Virus record (IMG/VR): IMGVR_UViG_3300047469_000103
Span: 224,001 to 288,000 of that record
Source: a virus
Lineage: Duplodnaviria > Caudoviricetes
Strand: one strand, 5' to 3'
Length of the DNA: 64,000 nucleotides
The translations under genes were made by a program, and so were the position numbers. The notes beneath the pieces were generated by a model, which worked only from the letters and a program-made list of their open reading frames with translations, did not search any database and was not told where the DNA came from. Below, one piece after another: positions 1 to 10,500 of this stretch. How positions within the stretch are numbered: the stretch's first letter is position 1; every line of letters begins with the position of its first letter.

Positions 1-211
1 CTTCGAACACTTCGACAGGAACACGCGTGGTCACGACCAACAGCGATTCAGGATCACGGCTCAGGCGTTCCAGATGTTCGATTGCGTCTTGCTCGTGGCG
101 GACGATTACCGTATCCGCGCTTTGCATTTTATTCAGGCCATAACCGGCCATGACAATGCCAGTGCCCTCCACAGATTGCGTGCTGCGGATATGCAGGTTA
201 ATTACTTTCAT
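1..211 (-). CDS. hypothetical protein, partial (runs off window start)
   Basis: ATG at 211 overlaps the TGA of 208..534 (ATGA); open reading MKVINLHIRSTQSVEG... to the window edge. Confidence 0.7.
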   Translation of the reverse strand, partial: MKVINLHIRSTQSVEGTGIVMAGYGLNKMQSADTVIVRHEQDAIEHLERLSRDPESLLVVTTRVPVEVFE

Positions 212-534
212 GCCGTTTGACTCCAAACAAAATCACGTTGAAATGGTGTGAGTTGAAACACCACCGAAGCACCCAACGCCATCAGTTCGAAAACCACGCG
301 GCGGATGAATTGAATGTCGAGGCCATAGAAATAAACTTCGACAAAAGTGTTGGCATTCGCGTACTCCACAACCTGCTCATGGAATTCCGACAGGTCATCG
401 CTTGCGCTAGCCTGAAGAACCACCAGATGGTTTGTGTCGTATTGTAGTTTCGTCCCTTCAAAAGATTTCGCAATTTCTGCTTTGTCTTCGAGCGCCGAAA
501 TATCTTCCGTTGAATACACGAATGCCGTTTTCAT
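208..534 (-). CDS. hypothetical protein
   Basis: ORF track 108 aa; ATGA-coupled to both neighbours. Confidence 0.75.
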   Translation of the reverse strand: MKTAFVYSTEDISALEDKAEIAKSFEGTKLQYDTNHLVVLQASASDDLSEFHEQVVEYANANTFVEVYFYGLDIQFIRRVVFELMALGASVVFQLTPFQRDFVWSQTA

Positions 535-1079
535 AACGATACCTGTTCGGGTTTGGTTAAGACAATAACCAGCTTCACCAAATTGGTATACATGTAACCG
601 GCTTGGTCAATGTCTTCCACAATTAGGGCGGCTGATTTGTCGAGTGTTTGTACTTGATGCAGGAATTCATAGAATGGTTTCATGATGGATTCGATGAACG
701 CCTTTCGCTCAGCCTGCGCGCCAATGCTCTTCAGATGGTGTCCGAATTCTGAGAGCAAATAGTCACGCAAATTGCTAAGTGTTTTTTCCATTGCACTGCT
801 GATCTTTACACACTGGCCGCGAATCTCTGTGCAGCGTGAACGTGTGGACTGATCTTGCAGCATGGAATCCAGAACCTTTTCGGGGAACTGGCGCAGACTT
901 TTCTTGCGTCGTAATTCGCGAGTTTGCCGTGTCATGTGGAGCATTTGTAGCTCTTCATGGAAGGCGTCAAAATCAATTGCATACGCCGGGTTTCTTTCGA
1001 ACATTTCAAGGAACTGCTGATAGCGCTTGTTCTTCTTGATCGTCCGGCGTATTGCTTTAATTTCTTCGCGACTACTCAT
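531..1079 (-). CDS. helical hypothetical protein, weak resemblance to UvsY-like recombination mediators
   Basis: 182 aa, coupled in operon; coiled-coil character, C-terminal EDIDQAGYMYTNLVKL loosely UvsY-like; function uncertain. Confidence 0.55.
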   Translation of the reverse strand: MSSREEIKAIRRTIKKNKRYQQFLEMFERNPAYAIDFDAFHEELQMLHMTRQTRELRRKKSLRQFPEKVLDSMLQDQSTRSRCTEIRGQCVKISSAMEKTLSNLRDYLLSEFGHHLKSIGAQAERKAFIESIMKPFYEFLHQVQTLDKSAALIVEDIDQAGYMYTNLVKLVIVLTKPEQVSL

Positions 1080-1395
1080 TCACATCACGCAAGCGAGCAT
1101 TGTAATGTTCCGCCAGCGCTTCACACGAGGCAGCAATTTGCATGACCATATCTTTTTTCAGGTCGCACAGATTGTCGAAACTCGGTTCGCCAAACGGGAA
1201 CATTTGCCAGTAGTCCGCATACCAGCTTTCAACTTCCGTCATGTCCTGCAAATCCACGATTGCGGCTGCGTACATGTTGCGACGGTCGTTGCTTACGTTG
1301 ATCCACTCGACCGGATTATGATCGAAAATCAATTCAATCCCTGCCAACGAATGGTGCAGGAAAATGCAGTTCGATAAATGCGTGAACGTTTTCAT
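1072..1395 (-). CDS. hypothetical protein
   Basis: 107 aa ORF tiling the minus-strand operon. Confidence 0.7.
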   Translation of the reverse strand: MKTFTHLSNCIFLHHSLAGIELIFDHNPVEWINVSNDRRNMYAAAIVDLQDMTEVESWYADYWQMFPFGEPSFDNLCDLKKDMVMQIAASCEALAEHYNARLRDVNE

Positions 1396-1838
1396 GATGG
1401 CTCCGTCACTAGGTAAGGAGAATGCGCGTTACCGCTAATAGCCAAGACGGCACCGGTGCTTGTCTTGAGTATTAACAGTTTTTGTCGGTCTGACGTTAAA
1501 GGCTGCTGGACGTAATCGTACAGTTCCTTTTTATTGCACTTCACAATAAGCCGATGCTCGGCAAGATCGACTTTTGACGTATCGGTTACAACGAACAAAT
1601 GGCCGTAGATTGAACCGCGACCATTGACGAAATTGTACATCTTGCAGAACCGATTTAAGATCGTCGGATTCTGGTAGTCAATTTGCATCGGCGTTTTAAC
1701 CAGCTTGCGAAAAAAGAGGCCGATGTGGTGGCCGTCGTGCGCGCCACCTAAATCTTCGAAAGTGTCTACTTTGCGAACCGTATGCACGAACGTATCCGCC
1801 AGACTGAAAATCGGACTTACATCACTTCGCTTCATCAT
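1392..1838 (-). CDS. hypothetical protein
   Basis: 148 aa ORF tiling the operon. Confidence 0.7.
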   Translation of the reverse strand: MMKRSDVSPIFSLADTFVHTVRKVDTFEDLGGAHDGHHIGLFFRKLVKTPMQIDYQNPTILNRFCKMYNFVNGRGSIYGHLFVVTDTSKVDLAEHRLIVKCNKKELYDYVQQPLTSDRQKLLILKTSTGAVLAISGNAHSPYLVTEPS

Positions 1839-2979
1839 AAGTGCCGACCAATGTCAGTGTGCCTTCGTCCGTTTTCGTAATGAAACGGTAGGTGGACATT
1901 GCTGCCGGGATTTTGTAGAAGTTCATATTGATTTCCATGTCTTTCGCCTTGTTGAACAAGTCCATGAAAATGCGCGGGTCTACACGAATTTGCAAAGGCT
2001 TACCGGTCGTTTCGGCTTTGAATTTATCCGATACTTTACCGCCTTTACCTTGCACGTGCATGTTGACTTCGCCGTCTGCAATGGCAATCGCCATCCGCGT
2101 TTCGCCGTCAGTCAGAACCGCCATGTTCGAAACGGTAGCAACTGCTTTCGTGTCGAATTTCATTGTGGTGCGTGGCTTCAAATCATCCAGACTTTTGTTG
2201 TACTGAAGAGCCATCGTGTAATGACTTTCTTCCAACTGAGTTTCTGGAATCGACACAGTGAATTCTGGACTGGTCACGCGGAATCGACCGCCGCTAGTCG
2301 AGAACGAAACTTCGTCGCTTTCAATGAATTTGTCGATCACCGTAAACGCTTTCGCAGGCAGTGCCATACGGATCGGCGTTTTGTTTTTCACTTTGGTGCG
2401 GTACAGCGCAACATGGTGTTCATCGTAGCAATAAACACGCATGATTTTTTCACCGATATCAAAGATCACCGGCAGTTCGGTTTTCGCATAGAAGTCGGTG
2501 ATGTTTACCCGGCGCACAGCAGCCAGCAAACGTTCCACAATCGCTTTATCCATCGGCGGGGTTTTCTCCCCGTTCAACTGGTGTTCAAGCATGCGGATAT
2601 CGTCAGCATCGAATTCCATAGCGTCCAAATGCGCTTCGAAATTCCCTTTCTTTTCCTTGAATGCAATCTTACCGCCACCGGTTTTGAAATTGCATTCAGT
2701 CCGCGCTTTCAGCAGGCCGGTCAGCGTGTTGGCATCAACGCGAATTGTCCCGGCTTTTTCTACTTCCCCGGAAATCTTCATAGACGCCAGCGCGTCAGTC
2801 GATGTGCCAATCAGATAAACGCCGTCGATCTTTTTCCCTTGGCCTTTAATCGCAGCGATCACGAATTTCGTGTCGTCGGATTTGGTGTAGGTAGTCACGC
2901 CGTTAATCTTTGTGAAACCCGTTGCGATATCCTTACCGGATGCGCTGAATTTCAGTTCGTTACCTTCGATTAATTTCAT
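1822..2979 (-). CDS. dnaN: DNA polymerase III beta-subunit-like sliding clamp
   Basis: 385 aa, three-domain size; IMRVYCYDEHHVALY aligns by eye to DnaN LRTVATDGHRLA, IRMALPAKAF to VIVPRKG, QIRVDPRIFMDLF to IGFNVSYVLDVL. Confidence 0.75.
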   Translation of the reverse strand: MKLIEGNELKFSASGKDIATGFTKINGVTTYTKSDDTKFVIAAIKGQGKKIDGVYLIGTSTDALASMKISGEVEKAGTIRVDANTLTGLLKARTECNFKTGGGKIAFKEKKGNFEAHLDAMEFDADDIRMLEHQLNGEKTPPMDKAIVERLLAAVRRVNITDFYAKTELPVIFDIGEKIMRVYCYDEHHVALYRTKVKNKTPIRMALPAKAFTVIDKFIESDEVSFSTSGGRFRVTSPEFTVSIPETQLEESHYTMALQYNKSLDDLKPRTTMKFDTKAVATVSNMAVLTDGETRMAIAIADGEVNMHVQGKGGKVSDKFKAETTGKPLQIRVDPRIFMDLFNKAKDMEINMNFYKIPAAMSTYRFITKTDEGTLTLVGTYDEAK

Positions 2980-3329
2980 TGCACTGTGTATCCCACAAGT
3001 TCGGCATGGCTGTACGGATGCAGCGTGAGTTCAAGGTGGTGTTGTCCGGCATCGTCGAGCAACACTTTGTAATTCCACAAAACGTTTACCTTGAATTCCA
3101 TCACTGCAACCGCTTCCATATTTTTTATCAAAGTGTCGAGGAAAGCATCGTCCACATAGACCTTTGAAATGCCGTGATGGACGTTAAGAACAAAACCCTG
3201 AATGAATCCGACAAAATCCTCAATCAACGGATCGTGTGGACTCATTCCCCCGTGCATATCGACGATCACGTTTGTGATTCGCGGCACGCCTTGCATAAAT
3301 GCTTCGTCGGGTATTTCGATTGTGCCCAT
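2976..3329 (-). CDS. hypothetical protein
   Basis: 117 aa ORF between polA and the clamp gene. Confidence 0.7.
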   Translation of the reverse strand: MGTIEIPDEAFMQGVPRITNVIVDMHGGMSPHDPLIEDFVGFIQGFVLNVHHGISKVYVDDAFLDTLIKNMEAVAVMEFKVNVLWNYKVLLDDAGQHHLELTLHPYSHAELVGYTVQ

Positions 3330-3340
3330 GCTTATTTCCT

Positions 3341-6300
3341 TTATGCTTTGGACAGGCGTTTCTGCGGCTTCGTCAGCTTGATAGGGTCTTTATCTTTTGC
3401 GATCTTTTTCACCTTGCCGCCGATTGCGATTGGATCGGGCAGACCTTGTTCAATCAGGAATGCACGTTGCTTGATTGCCCACGACGGGCCTTCGTCGAAT
3501 TTACTGTGCAATTTGCGCAGCGTATCTTTCATATCCAAATCGTAACCGAGTTCAGAGTTCATCCCTTCAATTGCTTCACGCAACAACAGGTCGAGGCTGT
3601 CTTTTTCTTTGATCGGATATTTACCAGTCAGCGCCATGTTCCAGCCGCCGCACTGATCCAACGAGAAACCAAAATCAAAGTCGATTTCCAACGGGATTTC
3701 GAATGTGAAATTGTGACGCTCTTTCGAGATTGCAGCAACGTCGTAAGTCAGACCTTTTTCGATCATGTCCACGGCCAGCCAGAAGTCTTCAAATGCACAG
3801 GAGAATTCAAGGGAGTCGTGTACGCTGTTGGCCTGTACAAAGTCCGGGTAATGTCCGGTCTTTTGATAGTATTCAAAGCGACGTTTTTCAATGCAACGCG
3901 CCCCGGTCATCATGAAGTCAGAACCCATGCCCTGTACCGGAGAGTTTACAGATTGACGCTCGTTACGCGAAATGATGTTGCCTGCGTCTTCGTGCGATTG
4001 CGGAGTCAGGAAACCCCACAGATTACGGCGGCGTCCGAGTGGCGATTCTACATACAGGAATTCACGAGCGTGAGCCTTGGCTTTATCAAACCAGCCAGCA
4101 CCAACCGGGAAACGTTTAAAGAATTTCGCAGTCAAATCACGAACCATTTCCACGGTCGCGTCAATCGACTTCGCTGTACCCTTTTCACCCTGTTGGTAAA
4201 TCAGTCCGAAAATTACCTGCTTAACGCTGTTCCGTTTTGGCTTGTCGATCTTGTCGATATCCATACGGAAGAAGTACGCAGCGTTAATTTTATGTACGTC
4301 ACCTTTCAGTTCAATATCAACGGCCAATTCTTGCGTCGGCGTTTTCTTGAACTTCTCACGCAATACCAGACCTTCACGGAATACTGCTGCCACCTCTTTG
4401 TCACCAGAGATAAGCGACCAGCCGCGAACTTCGTGTGCCGCGTAGTCCACCTTGATAAATATTCGACCTTTCGGCGTAATAAACAAACGCTTAATCAGTT
4501 TACCCATTGCCGAACGCGACGGGATTGTTTGCAGTGTTGGGTCACGTGCCGAAGTACGGCCTGTCACCACGTCGAGATAACCGAATCGCGGACGCATGCA
4601 ACGGTCGGAACGGAAGTCGTCGTCTTCGCCCCACTTGAGAATAAAGCTCTTCACATACGAGTTGTAAAGTTTCTCAATTTTTGTGAGTTCGGAGAACAGT
4701 TTGATTTCCGGTACGTCTGCATATTTCTTCTGGAAATCTTTGTCGATCTTGCCTTCGCCCTTCTTGTTGAACATGACCGGTTTCAGGCCAAGCACTTTGA
4801 AGAACAAAAGCTGTTTATGATCGGACTTGTTGATCTTGAAAATCTTCAGGTTTGAACGCCCGAACATGCCCATGCTAGGCGCACCGTTCTGCTTAGCCAA
4901 TGCTTTGTTGGCTTTCTTCACACCTTCGGATTCGTAGAGCAACTTCGTAACGCGGTTTTTCTCTTGAACAATTTTCGAATCTTTCGACTTGAGTTTGAAC
5001 AGCCAGTCAATGTCGAGATACGAACCGTTGAATTCAAGGTTGCTCAGCGTGTGAATCTGATCGCTAAGCTGTTCGGAAACCAGCGACTCATATTTCTTAA
5101 AGCCGATTGTTTTACCGAGTTTCAATTGCAACTTTTGAATGTGCAGCAGCGTGATTACGTCGAGCGCCATGTACGTTAACACTGGCCCTTCCAAATCTTC
5201 GTCCGCGATGAACGCCCGGTTTTCTTTACCGAAGTCAGATTCGTAATACGCACGACAGCCGTACTGCATACAGATATTCAACAGGGAATAATAGTTACGC
5301 CCGGTCACTGTCTGGATTGCTTTATGGTTTTCATCCTTGCCGAATTCAGCAGAGATAACACACCACAAATTCGCTTTGAAGAACCGCACGCCCAAATCAC
5401 GACGCGCACCAATAAGGTCGAACGCTGCGTTGGCATACAGGTTGTATTTGTTCTTCGTTTCCCACTCGAAATAATCGCGAAGTTTCTTCTTGATGTATTT
5501 GAGTTCTTTCGGGAGCCACGGCGAATCTTTGTGCAGGAACGGCAGAATGTATGCCCGACCGGTTTCCGTTGCGAACTGCCAAGTTACCGTGTGGTTTTTA
5601 CGGCGGTTCAGGTTCCGGGTTTCCGTATCAATCGAAACGATTTCGGCTTCGACGATATCCTTGTACATTTTGTCGAACTTTTTAATCGTATCGACCATGA
5701 CGATATCGTATTTGAGCTTCGGCACTTTGTACATCAGTTCGCCGTCGTTCAAACAAGTCGTCAAGTTGCGCGCCACATAACCAGCAGCCGCCATCGTTTC
5801 GTCATTCTTCTGCAAGCTACGCAGACTCAATGTCGAGACGTGATTAAACTTGTGAACTTTCCCTTTGTATTCCAGTTTGGTTTTGATCGGCACTCCGTAG
5901 AAGTGCTGCCACTGGATACCTTTTTTCCCGGTGTGTTGGGAAATGAATTCGCCGTTAAGCGCCTTCGTCGGGTCTTGCCCGAATGTCACTACAGTATCAG
6001 GTTTATAAACGCTGATAATGTATTCCAAACGCTTCTTGAATTCCTGTGCTGCAATTTCCAAGAAGGCTGGCGCACCGCCCATAGTTTTCATGCTGTTATA
6101 ACTGACGGCCATCCAGTTATAATCATCCAGCTTATTTGGTGCGTGATAATATTCTTCAGCACACCACATCAGATTGCGCAACAATTCCCCTGTCGCACCA
6201 TCGAACAACTTGTTACGGCGCATTGCTTCGCCCGGCATCGAATCCAAAACAAACAGGATTTTGCCACGTGCATTTTTCGTCACGTGTTTGGGCAATTCAA

Positions 6301-6409
6301 CTTTGTCGAAGCCCACAACGTCGTAAGGTTTTAACGCCTTGCCGTACTTGTGGGAAAACTCCACATAATCAAACTTCATAGGGTAGTGTCCGGTATAGAA
6401 AACCTTCAC
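3341..6409 (-). CDS. polA: family A DNA polymerase with N-terminal UDG-like domain and 3'-5' exonuclease (start may be ATG 6379)
   Basis: Exo I IVSIDTET; motif A KVDYAAHEVR; motif B RNSVKQVIFGLIY; motif C SVHDSL; N-terminal KILFVLDSMPG...YKPDTVVTFG resembles the family-4 UDG fold. Confidence 0.95.
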   Translation of the reverse strand: MKVFYTGHYPMKFDYVEFSHKYGKALKPYDVVGFDKVELPKHVTKNARGKILFVLDSMPGEAMRRNKLFDGATGELLRNLMWCAEEYYHAPNKLDDYNWMAVSYNSMKTMGGAPAFLEIAAQEFKKRLEYIISVYKPDTVVTFGQDPTKALNGEFISQHTGKKGIQWQHFYGVPIKTKLEYKGKVHKFNHVSTLSLRSLQKNDETMAAAGYVARNLTTCLNDGELMYKVPKLKYDIVMVDTIKKFDKMYKDIVEAEIVSIDTETRNLNRRKNHTVTWQFATETGRAYILPFLHKDSPWLPKELKYIKKKLRDYFEWETKNKYNLYANAAFDLIGARRDLGVRFFKANLWCVISAEFGKDENHKAIQTVTGRNYYSLLNICMQYGCRAYYESDFGKENRAFIADEDLEGPVLTYMALDVITLLHIQKLQLKLGKTIGFKKYESLVSEQLSDQIHTLSNLEFNGSYLDIDWLFKLKSKDSKIVQEKNRVTKLLYESEGVKKANKALAKQNGAPSMGMFGRSNLKIFKINKSDHKQLLFFKVLGLKPVMFNKKGEGKIDKDFQKKYADVPEIKLFSELTKIEKLYNSYVKSFILKWGEDDDFRSDRCMRPRFGYLDVVTGRTSARDPTLQTIPSRSAMGKLIKRLFITPKGRIFIKVDYAAHEVRGWSLISGDKEVAAVFREGLVLREKFKKTPTQELAVDIELKGDVHKINAAYFFRMDIDKIDKPKRNSVKQVIFGLIYQQGEKGTAKSIDATVEMVRDLTAKFFKRFPVGAGWFDKAKAHAREFLYVESPLGRRRNLWGFLTPQSHEDAGNIISRNERQSVNSPVQGMGSDFMMTGARCIEKRRFEYYQKTGHYPDFVQANSVHDSLEFSCAFEDFWLAVDMIEKGLTYDVAAISKERHNFTFEIPLEIDFDFGFSLDQCGGWNMALTGKYPIKEKDSLDLLLREAIEGMNSELGYDLDMKDTLRKLHSKFDEGPSWAIKQRAFLIEQGLPDPIAIGGKVKKIAKDKDPIKLTKPQKRLSKA

Positions 6410-6413
6410 AGTG

Positions 6414-6423
6414 TATTTACAGT
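6414..6423 (-). promoter_or_regulatory. ACTGTAAATA candidate phage promoter element
   Basis: Identical 10-mer upstream of polA and dnaX (34501-34510). Confidence 0.5.
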
Positions 6424-6436
6424 TTTCTATAGAACG

Positions 6437-6472
6437 AAAAAACCCGCCAATCCAATGAGGAAAGGCGGGTTT
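6437..6472 (-). terminator. intrinsic terminator with 2x2 internal loop
   Basis: CCCGCC/GGCGGG stem plus TCC/GGA apical stem; U6 tract on the minus strand downstream of 6475..6981. Confidence 0.85.
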
Positions 6473-6474
6473 GA

Positions 6475-6981
6475 TTAACCGAACAGATTCACAAGGCGCA
6501 TGAAATCGGTCATACGGTCATAGTTTTCTTCAGGTGTTTCGTAAGCGATCCACGCCCGACGCATTGCGCCAAGATGTTGTGTCGCCAACGCTGGAACGCC
6601 GAGCCGTGTATAGACTTGCCAATTAATCGGCAATTCGTAAACGGATTCTGTGCCGCCAGAAAGTACCACCTTCACTGGATGCTCAGGACGTGCATCAACA
6701 AATCCAATAAAGCGCGGATTGTCTTTCCACATCAACAGACTGACTTCTGTATCGGGCACTTCAACGGTTGTGATTGGCATGGTTAGCCCATCAATCCGTG
6801 CGCCTTCCATTTCGCCAGAACCTAATCCAAAATAACCCATGAAATCCGATGATGCGTGACCGGCCACAAGCTCTTTAAAGTTTGTGGTCAGCAAGTGGTA
6901 ATTATGCCCACGCAATTTCAGATATGCGTAATGCAGATGGATTTCACTCTTGTGCATCGTCGTCTGCTTCCGATTCTTCAA
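6475..6981 (-). CDS. hypothetical protein
   Basis: 168 aa ORF followed by a terminator; start uncertain. Confidence 0.7.
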   Translation of the reverse strand: MKNRKQTTMHKSEIHLHYAYLKLRGHNYHLLTTNFKELVAGHASSDFMGYFGLGSGEMEGARIDGLTMPITTVEVPDTEVSLLMWKDNPRFIGFVDARPEHPVKVVLSGGTESVYELPINWQVYTRLGVPALATQHLGAMRRAWIAYETPEENYDRMTDFMRLVNLFG

Positions 6982-7339
6982 CCGGCTGCGCTTTCACTGG
7001 AGTTTGCACGTTTTGTTTCGGCGTTTGAACTGGGGCAGAAACTGGTGCCGGTGCTTTTGCTTTCACTTGAGTGCGCAGCAATTCAGCCGCTTGCTCAGGG
7101 GAAAGTTTGCGATGGTTAACCAGTTTTTTATCCCAATACATTCCCTTCGGAAGTTTGGCAGTCGTGCCGAATGGCAGACCGTTGGTTGGAACGCCGGGGC
7201 AGAAAGAATCATCGCGCTCAAAAGCTTTCATCGCGAGGATACTGTCGGTACTCCAAATCCCGTCAATTGGCCCTTTGTAAAAGCCAAGAAACGCGAGGAC
7301 TAACTGTTGTGCGCTTAACTCGATTTGACTTGTTTGCAT
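6944..7339 (-). CDS. peptidoglycan-binding domain protein
   Basis: QQLVLAFLGFYKGPIDGIWSTDSILAMKAFE matches PG_binding_1 (Q..L..LG...G..DG.....T..A...FQ); GGAG SD before ATG 7339. Confidence 0.75.
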   Translation of the reverse strand: MQTSQIELSAQQLVLAFLGFYKGPIDGIWSTDSILAMKAFERDDSFCPGVPTNGLPFGTTAKLPKGMYWDKKLVNHRKLSPEQAAELLRTQVKAKAPAPVSAPVQTPKQNVQTPVKAQPVEESEADDDAQE

Positions 7340-7547
7340 TTCTTTTCTCCAAAATCCAATGCCCAGTTCGATCATCCCACACATGGTTGGGGCCGGGTGG
7401 GCCTGCAAGCGGATGCGTGCGACCATTTAAAATGTGCGCAGGAATATAATCGGGGCCGGGAATTCCCGGTTGACCTTCAGGGCCAGTTGGTAAACCCGCC
7501 CAATAACGCGCCGGGCCGTCGTCACCTTCATATCGCGGATTACACAT
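7263..7547 (-). CDS. small Gly/Pro-rich protein with short collagen-like triplets
   Basis: GGAG SD before ATG 7547; GPEGQPGIPGP and GPPGP; overlaps the next gene by 77 nt. Confidence 0.6.
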   Translation of the reverse strand: MCNPRYEGDDGPARYWAGLPTGPEGQPGIPGPDYIPAHILNGRTHPLAGPPGPNHVWDDRTGHWILEKRNANKSNRVKRTTVSPRVSWLLQRAN

Positions 7548-7588
7548 TTAATTCTCCCAAAAGAGTGGCCTTCCTTGGCCTTTATCTC

Positions 7589-10500
7589 TTACTTGGTTTT
7601 CTTGTAGCGGAACTTCAGTTCGGCCAATTCTTTCAGGGCCGCAGCTTTGTTCACCACAGTGTAACCAGCCTTGCCGACTTTCGAAATCATGTCTTTAAGG
7701 TCGGTTTTGTTTTTACCGAAGAACAACCACTGGCCTTCGCTCTTCTGCCACTTCACACCGGCGCCGGTAATCGTTTTGCCAATGTGTTTAACAATCGCAG
7801 GGTTAGTGCGAATATCAACACAGAGCATTACGTGGTCTTCCATGAAAATCGGGAAGACGCGAATTGCACGGCGGTTGCTGGTGACACGTTTGCCAACGCT
7901 GAAGAATGCAGGCAGTTCCGAGACTGGAGCAAGCTCCAAGCTGTACCACAATTTATGCGTATTTTTCAAACCCGGCTCGAAAGCAGCGTTGATTTCCTGA
8001 ATCAAATCAACCGTCTTATCAGGAAGGTCGAAGTTCGAATCAAGATACTCGTAAATTGCGTGGAATTTCTTCTTGTTGGAAACGGTAACAAACGCGTAAC
8101 TCGGAGTCCATTGGAAGCCAAGGGATTTCAAGTTTACATCGCCTTCGTCGAATTCCGCTTCCAGCGTTGCGAAGCCGTGGTAATAAGCAGGCGACAACCA
8201 CACGTCGAGGTCAGAATCCACTGGAACGATTCGGCCAATATCCGGCTCTGCATCATCTGTCGCAATAACCTTTTTGCCGGTCGGTGCGATTTTGATAACA
8301 GCGTCTTTGACCTTGTAAATACCATCGTTGAGCGGTTTGCCTTTCGCTTCGTTGTCCTTGCGCTTCTCGCCGTCGGCCTGTTCCTTCTTGATAATGCCGA
8401 TGGTTTCTTTTTGCTGGCGCTCACGAATACGACGTTCTTTTTCTTCCTGCTCTTCTTGCGCCTTCTGCTGTTTCTCCAAACGCTTATCGCGTGCTTCTTG
8501 GCGCTTCTCTTCGGTGTCCGTACCAGCCGTCGAAACATCGAAATATTTCGATTCTTGGTCGGGAGTAATGTTTTCCATCGCGACGTAGCACATGTTCGGC
8601 TGAATCGTCACACGGGAAGGCATGCCAGCCGGTGGATTTTTCAGATTCACAATCAGCGACGACAAACGTTTACCGCCGTCTTTCTTGTTGAAGCCTACGA
8701 TTTTGCCAGTGCCCCATTCGGTCAACACAGGTTTCTTCGACAGGTGTTCAACGAAATCATTTGCGATCTTTTCATCACGCAGCAGAATTTCAACGTTGGT
8801 AAGTTTCCATTTGTTCGGGTCAGCCACAGGCATGTTCGGAACGAATGGGCGAACGTCCATTTGTCTTGCGCCCGCAACGTTTGGCGATGCTTCGATAGGC
8901 AGCAGTTTCGCTTCCTGTTCTGCACGCATGTCGCGGAATTCTTTGTTTTCGATTTCGTTCAGTTCTTCGTAACTTTCGCGCATGCCACGGAACGGTTCAT
9001 CGTTCAAACCTTTGATGTTCTTCAGCATGTCGATACCGAGCGACAGTGCAGCGTTTTCACGCTCTGTCGGAACTTTACGACGTGTCAGCATTTCTTTGTA
9101 GCGTGGGTTATCGGCTTCAGTGAAACGAGCGATACCGAAAGTTTTGGAAATTACACGCGCCTGTTTCGGCACTTCCATTGTGTTGTTTGCCAGTACCCAA
9201 TCGAGATAAATAACATCCCGAGTCATTTCGCCTTCGCCTTTGGCGGCTGCGATTGCACCCTTTGGATCAGGGCGGAAAATACGGGCGTTTGTTTGGTTAA
9301 GCGCACCCGGCCCCCACGGCGATTCCGCACGGATAATTCGGCTTGCCATTTGCAGGTTGTGCCCTTCAGACATACCCTGTTCGTTAGCAATCAGAATCTG
9401 CACGCGGTCGTCGGTTTTAAAGTCGTTAAACGATTTGACTTTATCCGGTTCGTCACCCGTGAATTTCACGGCTTTTTGCTTGTAGTTTTCTGGCAGTGCA
9501 TCAAAGATTGCCGAGGCACTGTGATTGTAGCGAGTGATAATAATCAGCTTGCCACGTGGTTCTTTTTTCCAGTAGTCCGGGTTTTCTTCTGGCGAAGTAT
9601 TCAGTTGGTCACGTGGCAGGGCCATGTGTTCCGCACTGGAGTGATATTTCTTCGCGACGTACAAATCTTTTCCAACAGAAACCAAATCGTATTCGGTGTA
9701 CTGCTGGCCGCGACGCCATGCCGGAGTGTTGAAGTGCAGGTGTACGAGGTTGGCAATGTATTTCGCTTTACGCGATTTAAACACTGCGCCTTTACCGAAA
9801 ACTTCTTCGTAGGCTTCGTCGTATTGCGGGGCGATAATCAGACGTTCAAAACGTGCAAGGTTCTTTTCCCAAAGTGCCTGTTTGATTTTCTCGCCAGCAA
9901 AGTCAGCATCGTTGTCGATCAAACCAACGCCGCCGCCACCTTCGTTTTCTTCTTGGCTACCGTGTTCGCCTTCGCCTTCTTCGTCGTAGTCGTGGTCTGC
10001 TGCATCTTCCGCTTTCTTTTTCTGAGCCAGCAAAGGCTTCAAATCTTCCAGCGTTTTATCCAGTACCAATTTGTACAACTGTTCGTGCAGTTTTTGCTGC
10101 TCGATTTCTTCCAGAGAAGTACCGTCGTTACCGTCTTTATCCACCAGTGCAATTGCGTGGAAAGTTTCGATTGGTGCAGGAAGCATGAACGCCCATTCTT
10201 TACGCTTTTTCACGATGAACGCGGTGTAGTGGGAAAGCTTATCCACTGCGCGTTTGCCGTTGAGAGGCGTGTAGGTGGCAACAACACGATCACCGATTTT
10301 TACATCGGAACCGGAGGCTTCTGCATCGGAACGAATATTCGCAATTTCACCAGCACGGAAAACGTGCGGAGTTTTCAGAGCGATTTGACCTTCGATATCT
10401 TTCGCACGGTCAGGCATGATTGTACCGGTGAGGATACGCAGCCATTTAACCATCGTCGAAGTGGTCAGGATTTTTGTTGCACGGTGACGCGCAGAGTTGA

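Noticed and set aside
7330-7370. Programmed frameshift fusing the collagen-like ORF to the PG-binding ORF
   Set aside because: No canonical slippery heptamer or downstream stimulator, and the PG-binding gene has its own SD and ATG.
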